Shown: positions 20,978 to 33,496, counted from the first letter of the whole stretch. The stretch is 60,608 nt of DNA, filler included, from Candidatus Babelota bacterium (GCA_017999075.1; 12 parts of 12 records of this genome joined end to end with filler, not necessarily neighbours in it), one strand, 5' to 3'. Made by a program: numbers and translations. The notes: generated by a model not told the origin, from the letters alone.

Positions 20978-22237
20978 TTAAACTTCATCAGGGTGTGAAA
21001 TTTTTCCTGTTATTGCGCTGGCAGCTGCAACCGCAGGATTTGTCAGATATACTTCGCTTTCAACATCTCCCATTCTTCCGACAAAATTTCTATTAGTAGT
21101 AGCAACAGCTCTTTCTCCTTTGGCAAGAATTCCCATATGTCCGCCAAGACACGGTCCGCATGTGGGGGTGCTGACAACAGCATTTGCTTCAACAAAAATA
21201 TCAAAAAATCCAGCATTCATAGCCTGCTGCCAAATTTTCTGGGTTGCCGGAATTATTATACATCTTACATTTTTAGCCACTTTTTTACCTTTCAAAATTT
21301 TAGCGGCAATTTCAAGATCTTCAAACCTTCCGTTTGTACAGGAACCTATAACAACCTGGTCTATTTTAATATTTTTAACATCTTTAACCGGTTTAACATT
21401 TTCCGGCAAATGAGGTAAAGCAACAAGAGGTTCTATGTCATTAACATTAATATCAAAAATTTTTTCATATACCGCATCATCATCACTTTTGTAAAAAGTA
21501 TATTTTCGTTTAGCCCGAGTTTTAACGTAATTTTCAGTTATTTCATCAGGTTCTATAATTCCGTTTTTCCCGCCAGCTTCAATGGCCATATTACACATTG
21601 TCATTCTATTGCTCATATCCAAGTTTTTTATTACCGGCCCGCAGAATTCCATTGATTTGTATAATGCTCCATCAACTCCTATTTTTCCTATAACATATAA
21701 AATTAAATCTTTCCCAGAAACCCATTTATTTAATTTTCCATTAAAAATAAATTTAAGTGAAGCTGGAGTTTTCAGCCATATTTCTCCAGTAATCATTGCA
21801 GCAGCAAGATCAGTGCTTCCAACTCCTGTAGAAAATGCGCCTAATGCTCCGTATGTACAAGTATGAGAATCAGCCCCTATAATAAGATCTCCAGGCAATG
21901 AAAGTCCTTGTTCAGGCAACAAAGCGTGTTCAACTCCCATGCACCCCACTTCAAAATAATTTGTCAAGTTATAATCAGCAGCAAAGTCTCTAAGCATTTT
22001 AACCTGTTCAGCGCTTTTTATGTCTTTATTAGGAGTAAAATGATCTGGAACCAAAACAACCCTTTCTTTATCAAAAACTTTTTTTATTCCCATTTTTCTT
22101 ACTTCTTTAATAGCTATCGGAGCAGTGATATCATTTCCGAGAGCAAGATCAACTTTAGCATTAATAAGTTGTCCGGGTTTTACCGAACTATTATTAGAAT
22201 GCGCAGCAAAAATTTTTTCAGTTATAGTCATTCCCAT
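20978..22237 (-). CDS. leuC: 3-isopropylmalate dehydratase / homoaconitase large subunit (LeuC type 2)
   Basis: [54 protein letters not shown]. Confidence 0.95.
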   Translation of the reverse strand: MGMTITEKIFAAHSNNSSVKPGQLINAKVDLALGNDITAPIAIKEVRKMGIKKVFDKERVVLVPDHFTPNKDIKSAEQVKMLRDFAADYNLTNYFEVGCMGVEHALLPEQGLSLPGDLIIGADSHTCTYGALGAFSTGVGSTDLAAAMITGEIWLKTPASLKFIFNGKLNKWVSGKDLILYVIGKIGVDGALYKSMEFCGPVIKNLDMSNRMTMCNMAIEAGGKNGIIEPDEITENYVKTRAKRKYTFYKSDDDAVYEKIFDINVNDIEPLVALPHLPENVKPVKDVKNIKIDQVVIGSCTNGRFEDLEIAAKILKGKKVAKNVRCIIIPATQKIWQQAMNAGFFDIFVEANAVVSTPTCGPCLGGHMGILAKGERAVATTNRNFVGRMGDVESEVYLTNPAVAAASAITGKISHPDEV

Positions 22238-22267
22238 TTTAAAATACCGCCTTTATTTACAAAAATT

Positions 22268-23038
22268 TCATTTTTTTTCATTTAATTTTGATATATTAAA
22301 AATCGATCGGACTGGTCCTGAACAAACATAACACACTCCAATCAAAAATAATGTTATTGAAGGAAATAAAAATAAAGCGCTTAATAATGCAGCAATAAAT
22401 ATTATTGTCAATATCGGAATTTTAAACAGCCATTTTGCATGTTTAAAGCTGTAATATCTGATTTTAGAAATCATAAGATAACTTACCAGCAACATGGTAA
22501 GAGGTAATAATTTTTTAAACAAAATCAAATATTCAGGATTTGAATTCAATATAGAAAATTTTTCAAAAATCCAAATCATTGTGCATAACAGCCCTGCCCC
22601 TGCAGGAATAGGCAATCCGAGAAAAAAAGTATTGGGTAAATCAGATTTAGATACAACATTAAATCTTGCTAAACGCATAGCACCTGTAGCAACAAATATA
22701 AACGACAAAATCCAACCTAATGTTTTATATTCTGTAAGTTTCAGCGAGATCATCCAGTAATGATAAACAACTACAGCCGGAGCAACACCAAACGATATTA
22801 CATCAACAAGCGAGTCAAAATTAAGACCGAATTCACTTGTTGTCTTTGTATACCTTGCAATTCTTCCGTCAAGCCCATCCATTAGAACGCCGATTATTAT
22901 TACTGCGCAGGCTTGTATCCATTTATAATCTAATGCCGATATAATGGCATAATATCCAAGGCCCATATTAGCCAAAGTGAATAAACTCGGCAAAATATAA
23001 AGACTTTTATGTTTTGGTGATTGTAAAGATTTTTCCAT
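22268..23038 (-). CDS. pssA: CDP-diacylglycerol--serine O-phosphatidyltransferase
   Basis: LPSLFTLAN, DGLDGRIAR..SEFG..DSLVDVISFGVAP, RLARFN, F.GLPIP. Confidence 0.92.
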   Translation of the reverse strand: MEKSLQSPKHKSLYILPSLFTLANMGLGYYAIISALDYKWIQACAVIIIGVLMDGLDGRIARYTKTTSEFGLNFDSLVDVISFGVAPAVVVYHYWMISLKLTEYKTLGWILSFIFVATGAMRLARFNVVSKSDLPNTFFLGLPIPAGAGLLCTMIWIFEKFSILNSNPEYLILFKKLLPLTMLLVSYLMISKIRYYSFKHAKWLFKIPILTIIFIAALLSALFLFPSITLFLIGVCYVCSGPVRSIFNISKLNEKK

Positions 23039-23223
23039 AATTTAATATATAACAAAATTAAATTTATAATTTTATTAGATTACTTTATTATAAAAAATTT
23101 TTCAACACTAAATTTTTTTTATAAAATTTTAGTATTTTTAATTTGACTTTACATTTGTTGTATTATACAAATGATGACAAATTTAAAACATAAAAAAATC
23201 TGTATGAATTAAATTTATATTTT

Positions 23224-23349
23224 ATGAAAATTAAATGTTGCAATTACTTTAAATTTTATCAACTGACAATAAGTTTAGTAATATATTTTTTTTGTTGTCC
23301 TATTGTTATTTCAGGCAATAATATTCCTTTAACATTAACACCTAAAGAC
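23224..23349 (+). CDS. Possible secreted protein, N-terminal fragment
   Basis: MKIKCCNYFKFYQLTISLVIYFFCCPIVISGNNIPL..., open to the linker, signal-peptide-like. Confidence 0.35.
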
Positions 23350-23449
23350 NNNNNNNNNNNNNNNNNNNNNNNNNNNNNNNNNNNNNNNNNNNNTTAATTA
23401 ATTAANNNNNNNNNNNNNNNNNNNNNNNNNNNNNNNNNNNNNNNNNNNN

Positions 23450-23586
23450 GGCAAAGCTATAGCGTCATATTTAGTTTCAAGCAAAATCGAACTTACTATT
23501 TCAGAAAAAATACCATCTCCGAATATAACTGGAACGCAATCGATTTTTTCGGAAAATTTTGTAAAATCTGATAAAAAGTATTTCAT
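23450..23586 (-). CDS. Hypothetical protein downstream of the AAA ATPase, N-terminal fragment
   Basis: MKYFLSDF...VPVIFGDGIFSEIV..ILLETKYDAIAL; starts 16 bp after the ATPase stop. Confidence 0.6.
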
Positions 23587-23602
23587 TTAATTTTTTGAAA
23601 TT

Positions 23603-24529
23603 TTATTTAGGACTGGTAAAACTATCATCAAAAAATAAATCTTCAAGTCCGAATGTATTATAAAAATTATTTTTTTCTTTATTTTTTTTGTCAGCCAGTT
23701 TTTTTAAATCAAGGGCATCTTTCCCTAAAATTTTAACTAAAGATTCCGACCATAACGAATTTTTAAATATCGGATTATTTTTATTCTGAGACATACGTTT
23801 GACCACATACCTGACTATATTAATTCCGTCGCGAGTAGAATAATCAAGTTTTAAAGAATGCGCTTCCTGCAGAAAATCAACTGTTAATTCTACCAATTCA
23901 TCTTCTGCAAAAGGAAGATGATATTTCAATATTTTTATTTCGTCATTTTTATCAGGAAAATCAAGTTCAAGCGCAGGATTAAGTCTTGATAATATATAAT
24001 CAGGAAGCTGATAAGTCGATTCATCATCATTCATAGTCACGCAGCATCTGAATTCAGGATGCGCTTTAATGGTAATTCCTGCTGCAACGCTTTCCACATA
24101 TCTTCTGTGATCAAGAAGAGGAGCTATTGAAGCCCAGCTTTTTTCATTCATTCTGTTCCCTTCATCCAAAACGCAGATTCCGCCTTTTAGCATTGCTGTC
24201 ACAAGCTGCGATGCATGATACGAAATTTTCCCGTTAGAGTCAAGCACAGGAGAAACAAGCAAGTCTTCAGGCCTGGTATCTGATGTGCACTGAAATATGT
24301 ATAAATTCTGTTTTCGGATTTTTGCTCCGCACATAGCTAAAGTTGTTTTCCCAACGCCAGGAACTCCTACTATCCTTGGAGTTAAAGGGAAATCTTCTTT
24401 TGATACAGTAATCCAGCAGGCAAGAAGTTGTTCAATAACCTCGCGCTGACCAATCCATTCAGCATCTGTATCATCGGGCTCTGATAATACCAGTTTAATG
24501 TCAGAGATTATCATCGTTTCATTTTTCAT
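23603..24529 (-). CDS. MoxR/CbbQ-like AAA+ ATPase (AAA_5)
   Basis: Walker [22 protein letters not shown], Walker [31 protein letters not shown]. Confidence 0.9.
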   Translation of the reverse strand: MKNETMIISDIKLVLSEPDDTDAEWIGQREVIEQLLACWITVSKEDFPLTPRIVGVPGVGKTTLAMCGAKIRKQNLYIFQCTSDTRPEDLLVSPVLDSNGKISYHASQLVTAMLKGGICVLDEGNRMNEKSWASIAPLLDHRRYVESVAAGITIKAHPEFRCCVTMNDDESTYQLPDYILSRLNPALELDFPDKNDEIKILKYHLPFAEDELVELTVDFLQEAHSLKLDYSTRDGINIVRYVVKRMSQNKNNPIFKNSLWSESLVKILGKDALDLKKLADKKNKEKNNFYNTFGLEDLFFDDSFTSPK

Positions 24530-24532
24530 TTA

Positions 24533-27219
24533 TTATACTACCCCTTTTTTATTTAAAAATGCGCCGAGTTTTTTATCAGTTTTCATAATATGATTAACAA
24601 GCCAGTCTTTTAAGAAATTCATAAGATCTATTGTAACAACTCCTTTGCCTGAATCAAAACTTTTTTTAACTTCAAGCGCCTGTTCCACAAGTTTATCATG
24701 AATTTCTTTATGTCCCTTAAACTCAGGATACTGATATTGATTCATAAATTTTTCTTCAGTGGCAAAATGAGTAGCCGTGTATTGAATCAAATCATTAAGT
24801 ATATCTTTCAAAACATTTACAGCCGCTCCTGATTTCATCGAACCATGAAGTTTGTTTACCATGTCCACAAGCCGTTTATGCTGAGCATCAATTTCTTTGA
24901 TATTAACGCTTAATCCAGAATTCCACTGCATAAATATATCTTCAGGTTCAGAATCTTTTTCATTTGCCAGATTATTTCCATGAATTTCTTTAAACTTAAA
25001 CATAATTATATTTTTTATCATTCGTTTGGTTAAACGCATAAGATCTTCTGAAACAGCAAAAACTTTCTCTGACGATTTGGCATTAATTTTAATTGAATCA
25101 TTTATCAGCGATACAGATTCGTTAAGTTTTCCTGCATTTATAGATTGTTCCATCATGGATGTTTTAATATTTTTAGATAAATAATTCAGATTATTCATTG
25201 ACTTTGCAATTTCCTCAACAGCAATAGTCTGCTCCGAAGACGCTCCAGCAACTTCCTGTGTTATAGTTTTTAATTTTTCTATCTGATTTACAATAGCTCC
25301 TCCGCCTTGATTTTGCTCATTCATAGCAAGACTAACTTGATTTATCAAAGTTACTATTTCATTAACTTTAATAATTATCTCTTCAAAAGCGACCTGAACT
25401 TTTTCTGATAATATTACTCCATCGTCAGACAGCCTGACACCGTCTTGTGTTGAATCTACTGCTGATTTAGTGACAGTCTGAATCTCATCTATTATTTTAG
25501 CAATCTCTTTAGTGGCATTTGCGCTTCGTTCAGCTAATTTTCTAACTTCATCGGCAACAACTGCGAATCCTTTACCATGTTCTCCTGCGCGCGCCGCTTC
25601 AATAGCCGCATTCAATGCAAGCAAATTCGTCTGACTCGATATATCTTCTATAACCTCAACGATTTTTCCTATATTATTAACTTTTGCCCCAAGTCCTGTT
25701 ATTACTGAAGAAAGATTTGAAATGCTTTCTTTAATTTTTAAAATTCCTTCATTAGATTTTTTTACCGATTCTTTTCCCGAAGAAGCAGAAATTCCGCTTT
25801 CTCTGGATTTATCATTAATTATATTGACATTATCTGTAATATTTCTTATATTTGCCATCATTTCTTCAATTGCTGAAGAAGATTGGTCTATAGAATTCTT
25901 CACTTCAAAAGTTGAAACCTCAATATTTTTTATTGTTGCTGATAATTCTTCAGCAGTGGAAGTTATTGACGATACTGATTCTGCCTGAGATTCAACATCT
26001 TCACTTATTCTATTTATATTTGAAACAAATCCTTCCATCATTACCTTAGTTTCCTGAATGCTGTTGGACGCAGAATTAGAAGCTACAGCTATATCCCGGA
26101 TTTGATGCTCGAGATCAACACTTGTATTTTCGACTTTTTCTGAAGCAGATTTCATTCCATTGACCGTTATATTAAGCTTTTCTGTCATTTTATTAAATGA
26201 TTCAGCCAACTCTGCGAGTTCATCTTTTGTATCCAAAAATATTTTTTCAGTCAAATCACCGGATGCAACTTTTTCAGATAAATCCGATATTTTTTTTATA
26301 TTATTTATCATTACTTTCTGAATTCTGAATATTATCATTATAATAATTATTATAGCAATAATAGAAACGGCAATCATTAACCAACGCATTTTGTTCAATT
26401 CGGATATTCCTTCAGAAATATCATTTTGATAAACTATCATTCCTACTTTTTTCCCGGAATAATCTTTTACAGGAAAATATGATATTATGCATTTTCCATT
26501 TTTTTCAAAACTATCATCAGGATTAAACTCCTGACTTAAAATTTTTTCTGAAATTAAATCCTTTTGAAAATTATTAACTGTTTCAAGAATAATATAATCT
26601 CCTGCCGAATTCGACGTATTATTTTTATCTAAAGTTTTATCCGCAAAATTTTTATGCAGCATTATTGCAAAACTTTCTTTATCGGAAGATTTTATAAGTT
26701 TTATCAAAAAATTAATATCAAACATGGCTTCTACGCTTCCAAGATGCCTGCCATCCAATGATTTAACAGGAACTATACCTCGTATTACAAGTCCGCCTCT
26801 TCCAACTTCTATTCCCTCAACAACTGTTTTTTCAGAATTGGATTTTAAAATTGTTTCTCTGAACGAACTTAAATCTTCTCCGATATTTTTTGTTGTCCAT
26901 GACCTGAAAAACGATTGAGCGGGCGGCAGATGAAAATGTATCTGGGCAGGCTTATATTCAACAGTATTTTCAAGTATATTCTGAATTTTGGAAAAATGCT
27001 GTTTTAAAATTTCGTAACTGCTTTCAAAATTTTTAGTTGAATAATAATTATTATACGCTTCTTCAACAAAAGTTTGACCAGCAAAACATCCTGCTATTAC
27101 TTTAGCTGAATATGCAAGATAATTTATATTTTTCTCTATATCAGTTTTTTTCTGAACAATACCGTTTTTCAAAGTTATATCAAAATTTTTCAAAGAATAA
27201 TAATTAGCTGCTATAACAC
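24533..27219 (-). CDS. Methyl-accepting chemotaxis protein with dCache sensor, HAMP and C-terminal bacteriohemerythrin (DcrH-like), 5'-truncated
   Basis: [22 protein letters not shown] Cache motifs; canonical MCP tip; hemerythrin [26 protein letters not shown]. Confidence 0.95.
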
Positions 27220-27319
27220 NNNNNNNNNNNNNNNNNNNNNNNNNNNNNNNNNNNNNNNNNNNNTTAATTAATTAANNNNNNNNNNNNNNNNNNNNNNNNN
27301 NNNNNNNNNNNNNNNNNNN

Positions 27320-28617
27320 CTATATATCCTAAAAAGTATTTTTTTTATATAGGCATTAGTTGGGTAGTATTAACTGTTCTCTGTAAATTTATTTCTCCGA
27401 TTATGAATATTGTATTTTTAATATTTTTTGTATATGCCATGATGCTTTTATATGCAGTTATTAAATATAATAAAAAAATACTTCATGAATTTTCTGCATA
27501 TATAATTATTGGAATTATTTTATTTACAGGTTTTTATATGAGATGGAATGCACTTATATTTTATGAAGGTATAAAACTTGAATATGATGCTGAAGATTAT
27601 TATAATATAAGCATAAAATATTCTAAGGGGCTATTTGATACAGCAGCAGAAAGACCTCCATATATACGTGAGCCTTTTTATATCTGGATATTAAAATGCG
27701 GATTTTTATTTTTTCCAAAAACACCTGAAGCATTAAGAATTATTGCCTTAATAATAAGCCTGATTTCAATATATTCCACATTTTTATTTGGAAAGAAATA
27801 TTTAGGATATTTAACAGGATTAGGGACATCTGCATATATGTCTGTTTCAGAATCTTTTATTAATGCTGGAGTTCAGGGATTACGTGAGGATTTATATTTA
27901 TGCATTCTTATTCTTTTTTTATATCAATTAATTAAAAAAGAGAAAAAAATGTCTTTTGGCATTACAATAGGAATATCTGCAGGTTTGCTGATGCTTGTAA
28001 GAATTACAGCATTTTCATTTATAATTCCCTTAATATTTATATTCAGTGTAATTCACAGATGGAAACCGATTAATATTGTTATATCTCTAATAGTGCCTTT
28101 TACCATGGTTATTCCCCACTTAATTTTTAATTATAATTTTATGGATTCAAAAGACATTCTATATTCAGGAAATATTCATACATCTTTTTATAGAAATTAT
28201 GAATTTGCAGGAAAACCGGGTTTTATTACAAGGGAGGAATTTAAAACCGATCCATATCATGGAGGTAATATTTCAGCTTTTAAATATCTGTTTTTTGAAC
28301 ATTCTCCGGTTCAAATAATATCAGGATTTACAAAGGGAACAATCAGAATTTATCTGACAAGTTTTACCTATGATACTCTTCTTAATAAAAATAATATTTT
28401 ACTTGTAATATATATTATCGGTATTATTGGCTTAATATTTTCAAATCAAAGGTGGATATTTTTAATATGGTTTTTTATTTCATTTCCAATGCTATATCTT
28501 TCAAGCTTTGTGATCGTGGAAAGATTACTGTTATATTTAATTCCTTTTCAGCTGTATGGAATATTTGCAGGATGGATAAAGGTTTCGGATTATGGGAAAA
28601 GATTTTTTAGAAAATAA
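27320..28617 (+). CDS. GT-C (PMT_2/ArnT-like) membrane glycosyltransferase, 5'-truncated
   Basis: Open from 27322; multiple TM helices; YDAEDY...REPFY, LREDL, L.LVR, ERLL motifs. Confidence 0.7.
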
Positions 28618-29428
28618 TATTGTAATTGGAAATTATGAATACTTCTGTTTACTGATGGTTCTGCTTTTAATATTTCTTCTTATTCTCATTAAAATCACCA
28701 GGATAAATTATTTTTGGAAAAGAAATGCATCTGATCTGACAGCTGATTTTGTTGAATCTGTTAATAAAAATAATATTCCGCAGTTTGAAAAAAAATATCA
28801 AAATCTGTTTTATCCTGAGATTTGGTTTAATGATTGTCTTAAAAGTTCTGCCATATTGAAAATTAAAAATGAAATATCAGGAAGGTATAATAACCTGAAT
28901 TTTAAAATATTTGAAATTAAAAGAAATCTGGTTTTTATAGATGTGGCAGGTAAAACTCACAATATATCAGTCAGAGATAATTTTATAATTATTGAAGATC
29001 CTTATATAAATAAATTCAAATTTAATTTGATAAGAAAAAATAATTTCCCTGATTTGTGGCCCTCATCATTAAAAAAATTCTATAAAATTAACTTTGATGC
29101 AAAGTATATAGATAATTTTGAATTCAATAATGAGGAATTCTACTATACACATAGTTATGATAAATCGGAAAACGAAAATTCATTTTTCAATAATAGGAAA
29201 CCTCAGGATTTTGTTTATGACTTGATGGAAATACCTTATAGTAATAAAAAAAGAAAGGTGGTTAATGAAATTTTTATTCTGGATAATTTTATCGGCATAA
29301 ATATTAATAAAAAACTCATTCAAAAACATCAGATTCAATATCCTTTGTCTCATTATCTTGAATATCTAACATCAATCTCAGATGAGCTTACTTCTATAAG
29401 TAAAACTGTTAAGAAAGAAGGTATTTAA
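28592..29428 (+). CDS. Hypothetical membrane-anchored protein
   Basis: 278-aa ORF with one N-terminal TM helix, in an apparent operon. Confidence 0.65.
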   Translation: MGKDFLENNIVIGNYEYFCLLMVLLLIFLLILIKITRINYFWKRNASDLTADFVESVNKNNIPQFEKKYQNLFYPEIWFNDCLKSSAILKIKNEISGRYNNLNFKIFEIKRNLVFIDVAGKTHNISVRDNFIIIEDPYINKFKFNLIRKNNFPDLWPSSLKKFYKINFDAKYIDNFEFNNEEFYYTHSYDKSENENSFFNNRKPQDFVYDLMEIPYSNKKRKVVNEIFILDNFIGININKKLIQKHQIQYPLSHYLEYLTSISDELTSISKTVKKEGI

Positions 29429-29429
29429 A

Positions 29430-29966
29430 ATGAAATTTGATGTAATAAAATTAAAAGATGGACCTATTGAATATACGCTGGACGAAAGGCCGCAAGAACT
29501 TGGTTTAGACAATAATGAAATCAAATTTCCTGAAAATATAAATGGAAATATTAAACTTTGTCTTTTTGGGAAAAATATTCTGGTTACCGGTAAAGTGAAT
29601 ACTAAAATTATACTTGAGTGTGGACGATGTCTTGAGCCATTTAATAAAATGATAAATGTTGAAATTAATCTCTTATATTCCAGTGAGCCTGAAGCAAAAA
29701 AATTGCCTGAGGAAATAAATCCGGAAGAAGAGATTCTTTTTTATCATGACGGTCAATCCATTGAATTAACAGATGAAATAAGGGACAGTTTGCTGCTGGA
29801 AATACCAAATTTCCCGATTTGCTCGGATAAATGCCAGGGGCTTTGTCATATATGCGGAATAAATAAAAATTTAAAAAAATGTAAATGTACAACTCCCAAA
29901 AATCATTCTGAACTTTCGGATCCGTTGTGGAAAAGACAGTTGCAGGATTTAAAAAAGAAAAAATAA
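29430..29966 (+). CDS. yceD: DUF177/YceD family protein
   Basis: CGRCL, P..PICSDKCQGLCHICG.N.N...C.C, DPLW. Confidence 0.9.
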   Translation: MKFDVIKLKDGPIEYTLDERPQELGLDNNEIKFPENINGNIKLCLFGKNILVTGKVNTKIILECGRCLEPFNKMINVEINLLYSSEPEAKKLPEEINPEEEILFYHDGQSIELTDEIRDSLLLEIPNFPICSDKCQGLCHICGINKNLKKCKCTTPKNHSELSDPLWKRQLQDLKKKK

Positions 29967-29987
29967 TCCGACAGTGGCTTCTTTAAT

Positions 29988-31070
29988 ATGAAAATAGCTT
30001 TTGATATAAGGATGATTAATAATTCCGGAATTGGAACTTTTATAAATGGACTCCTTTATGGATTTTCCAAACTGAATATTGATTCAGAATTTATTCTCTT
30101 AGGGGATAGAAACTTATCAGGCTTAATTCCGCAAGATCTAAATTTTAAATTATTACATTTTAACAAACCTATATATAAAATATACTCCCAACTGCTTTAT
30201 CCGTCCGGAATAGATTATGATATCTTTCATTATCCGCATTATAATTATCCCTTGAAACTAAAAAAAAATCTTATAGTCCACATACATGATATAGCACACT
30301 TTCATTTTCCATCCTCCGGTCTTCATAAATCATATATCACATATTTTTTAAAAAAAATAAGAAATAACAATATTACTATTATAACAGCATCAGAATTTGT
30401 AAAAAATGAACTTGTCTCTATATTCAATTTTAATCCTGAAAATATCAATGTTATTCACCATGCCGTTAATTGTTTTTTTGAAAAAAAACCTTCTCAGGAA
30501 GAAATAAATATTTTTAAAAAGAATAATCAAATAACAGGAAAGTATATTTTAACCGTGGGATTAAACAAGGCCCATAAAAATATAAAATTCTTGATTGAAT
30601 TAATGACTGATACAAAATTATCTGAATATAAATTACTGATAAGTACACCTAAAGAATCAGATATCAATGATCTGGCCATCTTGGCAAAAAAATTAAATGT
30701 TTTATCCAGGATAATATTCTATTCACCTAAAACAGTAAGAGAAATGCCCTTATTATATTCAGGAGCAGACCTGTATATTTTCCCTTCTTTATATGAAGGT
30801 TTCGGTCTCACGCCTCTTGAAGCAATGTATTTTGGCATTCCGGTTATATCATCAGGCGCATACCCCATGCCTGAAATTCTCGGAGATTCTGCATTATATT
30901 TTAATCCGAGTGAATTGAGTTCATGCCTTGATGCATTTACAAAGATTAATTCTAATGGTGAAATTCGTAATAAATATATTCTAAACGGGGTTAAAAAATC
31001 AAGAGAATATACCTGGCAGAATGCAGCAAAAAAGATTTATAACATTTATGAAAAAACATATAAAAAATAA
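29988..31070 (+). CDS. Glycosyltransferase family 4 (mannosyltransferase-like)
   Basis: MKIAFD.R...SGIG, HIHD, HKN, FPSLYEGFGLTPLEAM. Confidence 0.92.
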   Translation: MKIAFDIRMINNSGIGTFINGLLYGFSKLNIDSEFILLGDRNLSGLIPQDLNFKLLHFNKPIYKIYSQLLYPSGIDYDIFHYPHYNYPLKLKKNLIVHIHDIAHFHFPSSGLHKSYITYFLKKIRNNNITIITASEFVKNELVSIFNFNPENINVIHHAVNCFFEKKPSQEEINIFKKNNQITGKYILTVGLNKAHKNIKFLIELMTDTKLSEYKLLISTPKESDINDLAILAKKLNVLSRIIFYSPKTVREMPLLYSGADLYIFPSLYEGFGLTPLEAMYFGIPVISSGAYPMPEILGDSALYFNPSELSSCLDAFTKINSNGEIRNKYILNGVKKSREYTWQNAAKKIYNIYEKTYKK

Positions 31071-31189
31071 TATTGAATTATTACAACCANNNNNNNNNNN
31101 NNNNNNNNNNNNNNNNNNNNNNNNNNNNNNNNNTTAATTAATTAANNNNNNNNNNNNNNNNNNNNNNNNNNNNNNNNNNNNNNNNNNNN

Positions 31190-32324
31190 AAATAATTTTT
31201 TGGATATTTATACAATACTGGTAAACGAATCAGGCGCGTCAGTGTATTCTGCATCGGAAATTGCGCGTGAAGAATTTCCTGATGTTGATTTAACTGTGCG
31301 CGGAGCTGCGAGCATAGGAAGGCGCCTTCAGGATCCTTTGTCTGAATCAGTTAAAATTGAACCTAAATCAATCGGAGTAGGACAATATCAGCATGACGTT
31401 GATCAAGGCCTGCTGTCTAAAGAATTGGAACATACTGTATCAAGTTGCGTTAATTTTGTAGGAGTTGATTTGAATTCTGCAGGTGTGTCATTGCTGCAGT
31501 ACGCTTCCGGAATAAATAAACGCGCTGCCAAAAATATAATCGAATACAGAAGCAAGAACGGGATATTTTCTTCAAGGGAACAACTTCTTGAAGTTTCAGG
31601 AATAGGGAAAAAAATATTTCAGCAATGCGCGGGTTTTTTACGTATATCCAATCCATCAAATCCTCTTGACAATTCTGCTGTTCATCCGGAAAATTATGAA
31701 ACTGTTTATAAGATTGCATCAATGCTTAATGTCGGAATAAATGATTTATTGAGAAACGAAGCTGTGCTAAACACTATAAAACTTGAAGAATTTGTTGATG
31801 ATAAAATTGGAATTTATACGCTGCGCGATATTATGGAAGAATTGAAAAAACCTGGGAGGGATCCAAGATCTAATTTTGTGAACCCTAATTTCAGAAGTGA
31901 TTTAAACTCTATAAAAGATCTGGAACCTGGAATGGTTTTGGAAGGAGTAATTACCAATATAACAAGGTTCGGCGCTTTTGTGGATATAGGAGTTCATCAG
32001 GATGGCCTTCTTCATATTTCTGAAGTTACCACTAAATATATAACTGATTTAAATTCTGTTTTGAAATTGGGGCAGCATTTGAAAGTTCAGATTAAAGCTG
32101 TAGATCCTGACAGAAACAGAATTAATTTATCAACCAAATTTGATGATTCTTTTATAAAATCTCCGGTTAAAATTAATACTGGCAATTTTAAAAGTAACAG
32201 GAATATTAAAACAGTTAATATTGAAAAAAAAGATAATAATAGAATTAATAATAACCAGGAGAATTCTTCTAAAAATAAAAAATTTGATAATCCATTTAAA
32301 GAACTGTTGTTCAATATGAAATGA
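31190..32324 (+). CDS. tex: Tex transcriptional accessory protein, 5'-truncated
   Basis: VNESGASVYSAS..A.EEFP, IGRRLQDPL, IGVGQYQHDV, HhH region, PGRDPR, S1 domain FGAFVDIGVHQDGL. Confidence 0.95.
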
Positions 32325-32362
32325 TTATAACAATAAGTAGAAAATGACAGGTGTTATTGATA

Positions 32363-33496
32363 TTAAATTCTTAGAGCCATATTATCAATGTGTATAACTT
32401 CAGGATAGTCATTTTCTCCATATATTTTTTTTATTTCTGAAGTTTTCAATCCCTTTATAAGATTTAACTTTTCATTGTTATAATTGCACAATCCTACAGC
32501 TATTTTAATATTTTTTTTGTCATATACATATACAGCCACGCAATCTCCTTTATCGAATTTTCCATCGCAGCCGGTGATTCCTGAAGCGAGCAGGCTTTTA
32601 TTGTTTTGAATTGCAGCGGCAGCGCCATTGTCAACAAAAATTTTGCCTTTTGGTTTAAGATTGAATTTAATCCATCTTTTTCTCGGAGAAATTATTTTAT
32701 CTGCCGGATAAAAAAAAGTGCCGTTGAACTTGCAATTAAGAATTTTATCTATTATGTCCGGTTCATAACCGTTTGCAATAATCATTGGTATTCCCGACGA
32801 CATTGAAATATCAGCAGCAATAAGTTTTGATTTCATCCCTCCTGTAGTTGTGCTTTTAGAAGCGCATCCGCAGATTTCAAACAGTTCAGGGGTAAGTTTT
32901 TCTATGTCTTCAATCAGAGAACAGGGGTTTTTTATATCATTAAGCAATCCATTAATATTAGTCAGCAGTATAATCAAATCGGCGTTTATCATACTTCCCA
33001 CCATAGCCGCAAGTTTATCATTATCCCCGAATTTTAATTCGTCAACAGCCACTGTGTCATTTTCATTAATTATAGGAATTGCATTTATTTCAAATAATGA
33101 ATTTAAAGTATTTATTGCATTTAAATACTGTTGACGATCCATCATACCAGGCTGAGTCAATAAAACTTGAGCTATAATTTTGTTGTATTTTGAAAATAAG
33201 TTTTCATACATCTGCATAAGTTTGTTTTGGCCTACTGCAGCAGCAGCTTGTTTTAAAGATAGATCTTTAGGTTTGGTTTTCATATTCAACACCGACATAC
33301 CGAATCCTACTGCTCCAGATGAAACTATAGTGAAATTTCGTATTCCAAAATGTTTCGACATTGATTTGATTATAGCAGAAATATTTTTATCTGTAATCTG
33401 AGGATATCCGTTTTTTATTTCAGTCAATATGCTTGTGCCGATTTTTACAACTATATTTTTAGATTTTTTTATTAGTTCAAATTTATTTGTTTTCAT
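32363..33496 (-). CDS. proB: Glutamate 5-kinase with PUA domain
   Basis: VVKIGTS, SSGAV, AAVGQ, PIINENDTV, FGDND, TGGM.SK; follows obgE. Confidence 0.96.
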   Translation of the reverse strand: MKTNKFELIKKSKNIVVKIGTSILTEIKNGYPQITDKNISAIIKSMSKHFGIRNFTIVSSGAVGFGMSVLNMKTKPKDLSLKQAAAAVGQNKLMQMYENLFSKYNKIIAQVLLTQPGMMDRQQYLNAINTLNSLFEINAIPIINENDTVAVDELKFGDNDKLAAMVGSMINADLIILLTNINGLLNDIKNPCSLIEDIEKLTPELFEICGCASKSTTTGGMKSKLIAADISMSSGIPMIIANGYEPDIIDKILNCKFNGTFFYPADKIISPRKRWIKFNLKPKGKIFVDNGAAAAIQNNKSLLASGITGCDGKFDKGDCVAVYVYDKKNIKIAVGLCNYNNEKLNLIKGLKTSEIKKIYGENDYPEVIHIDNMALRI

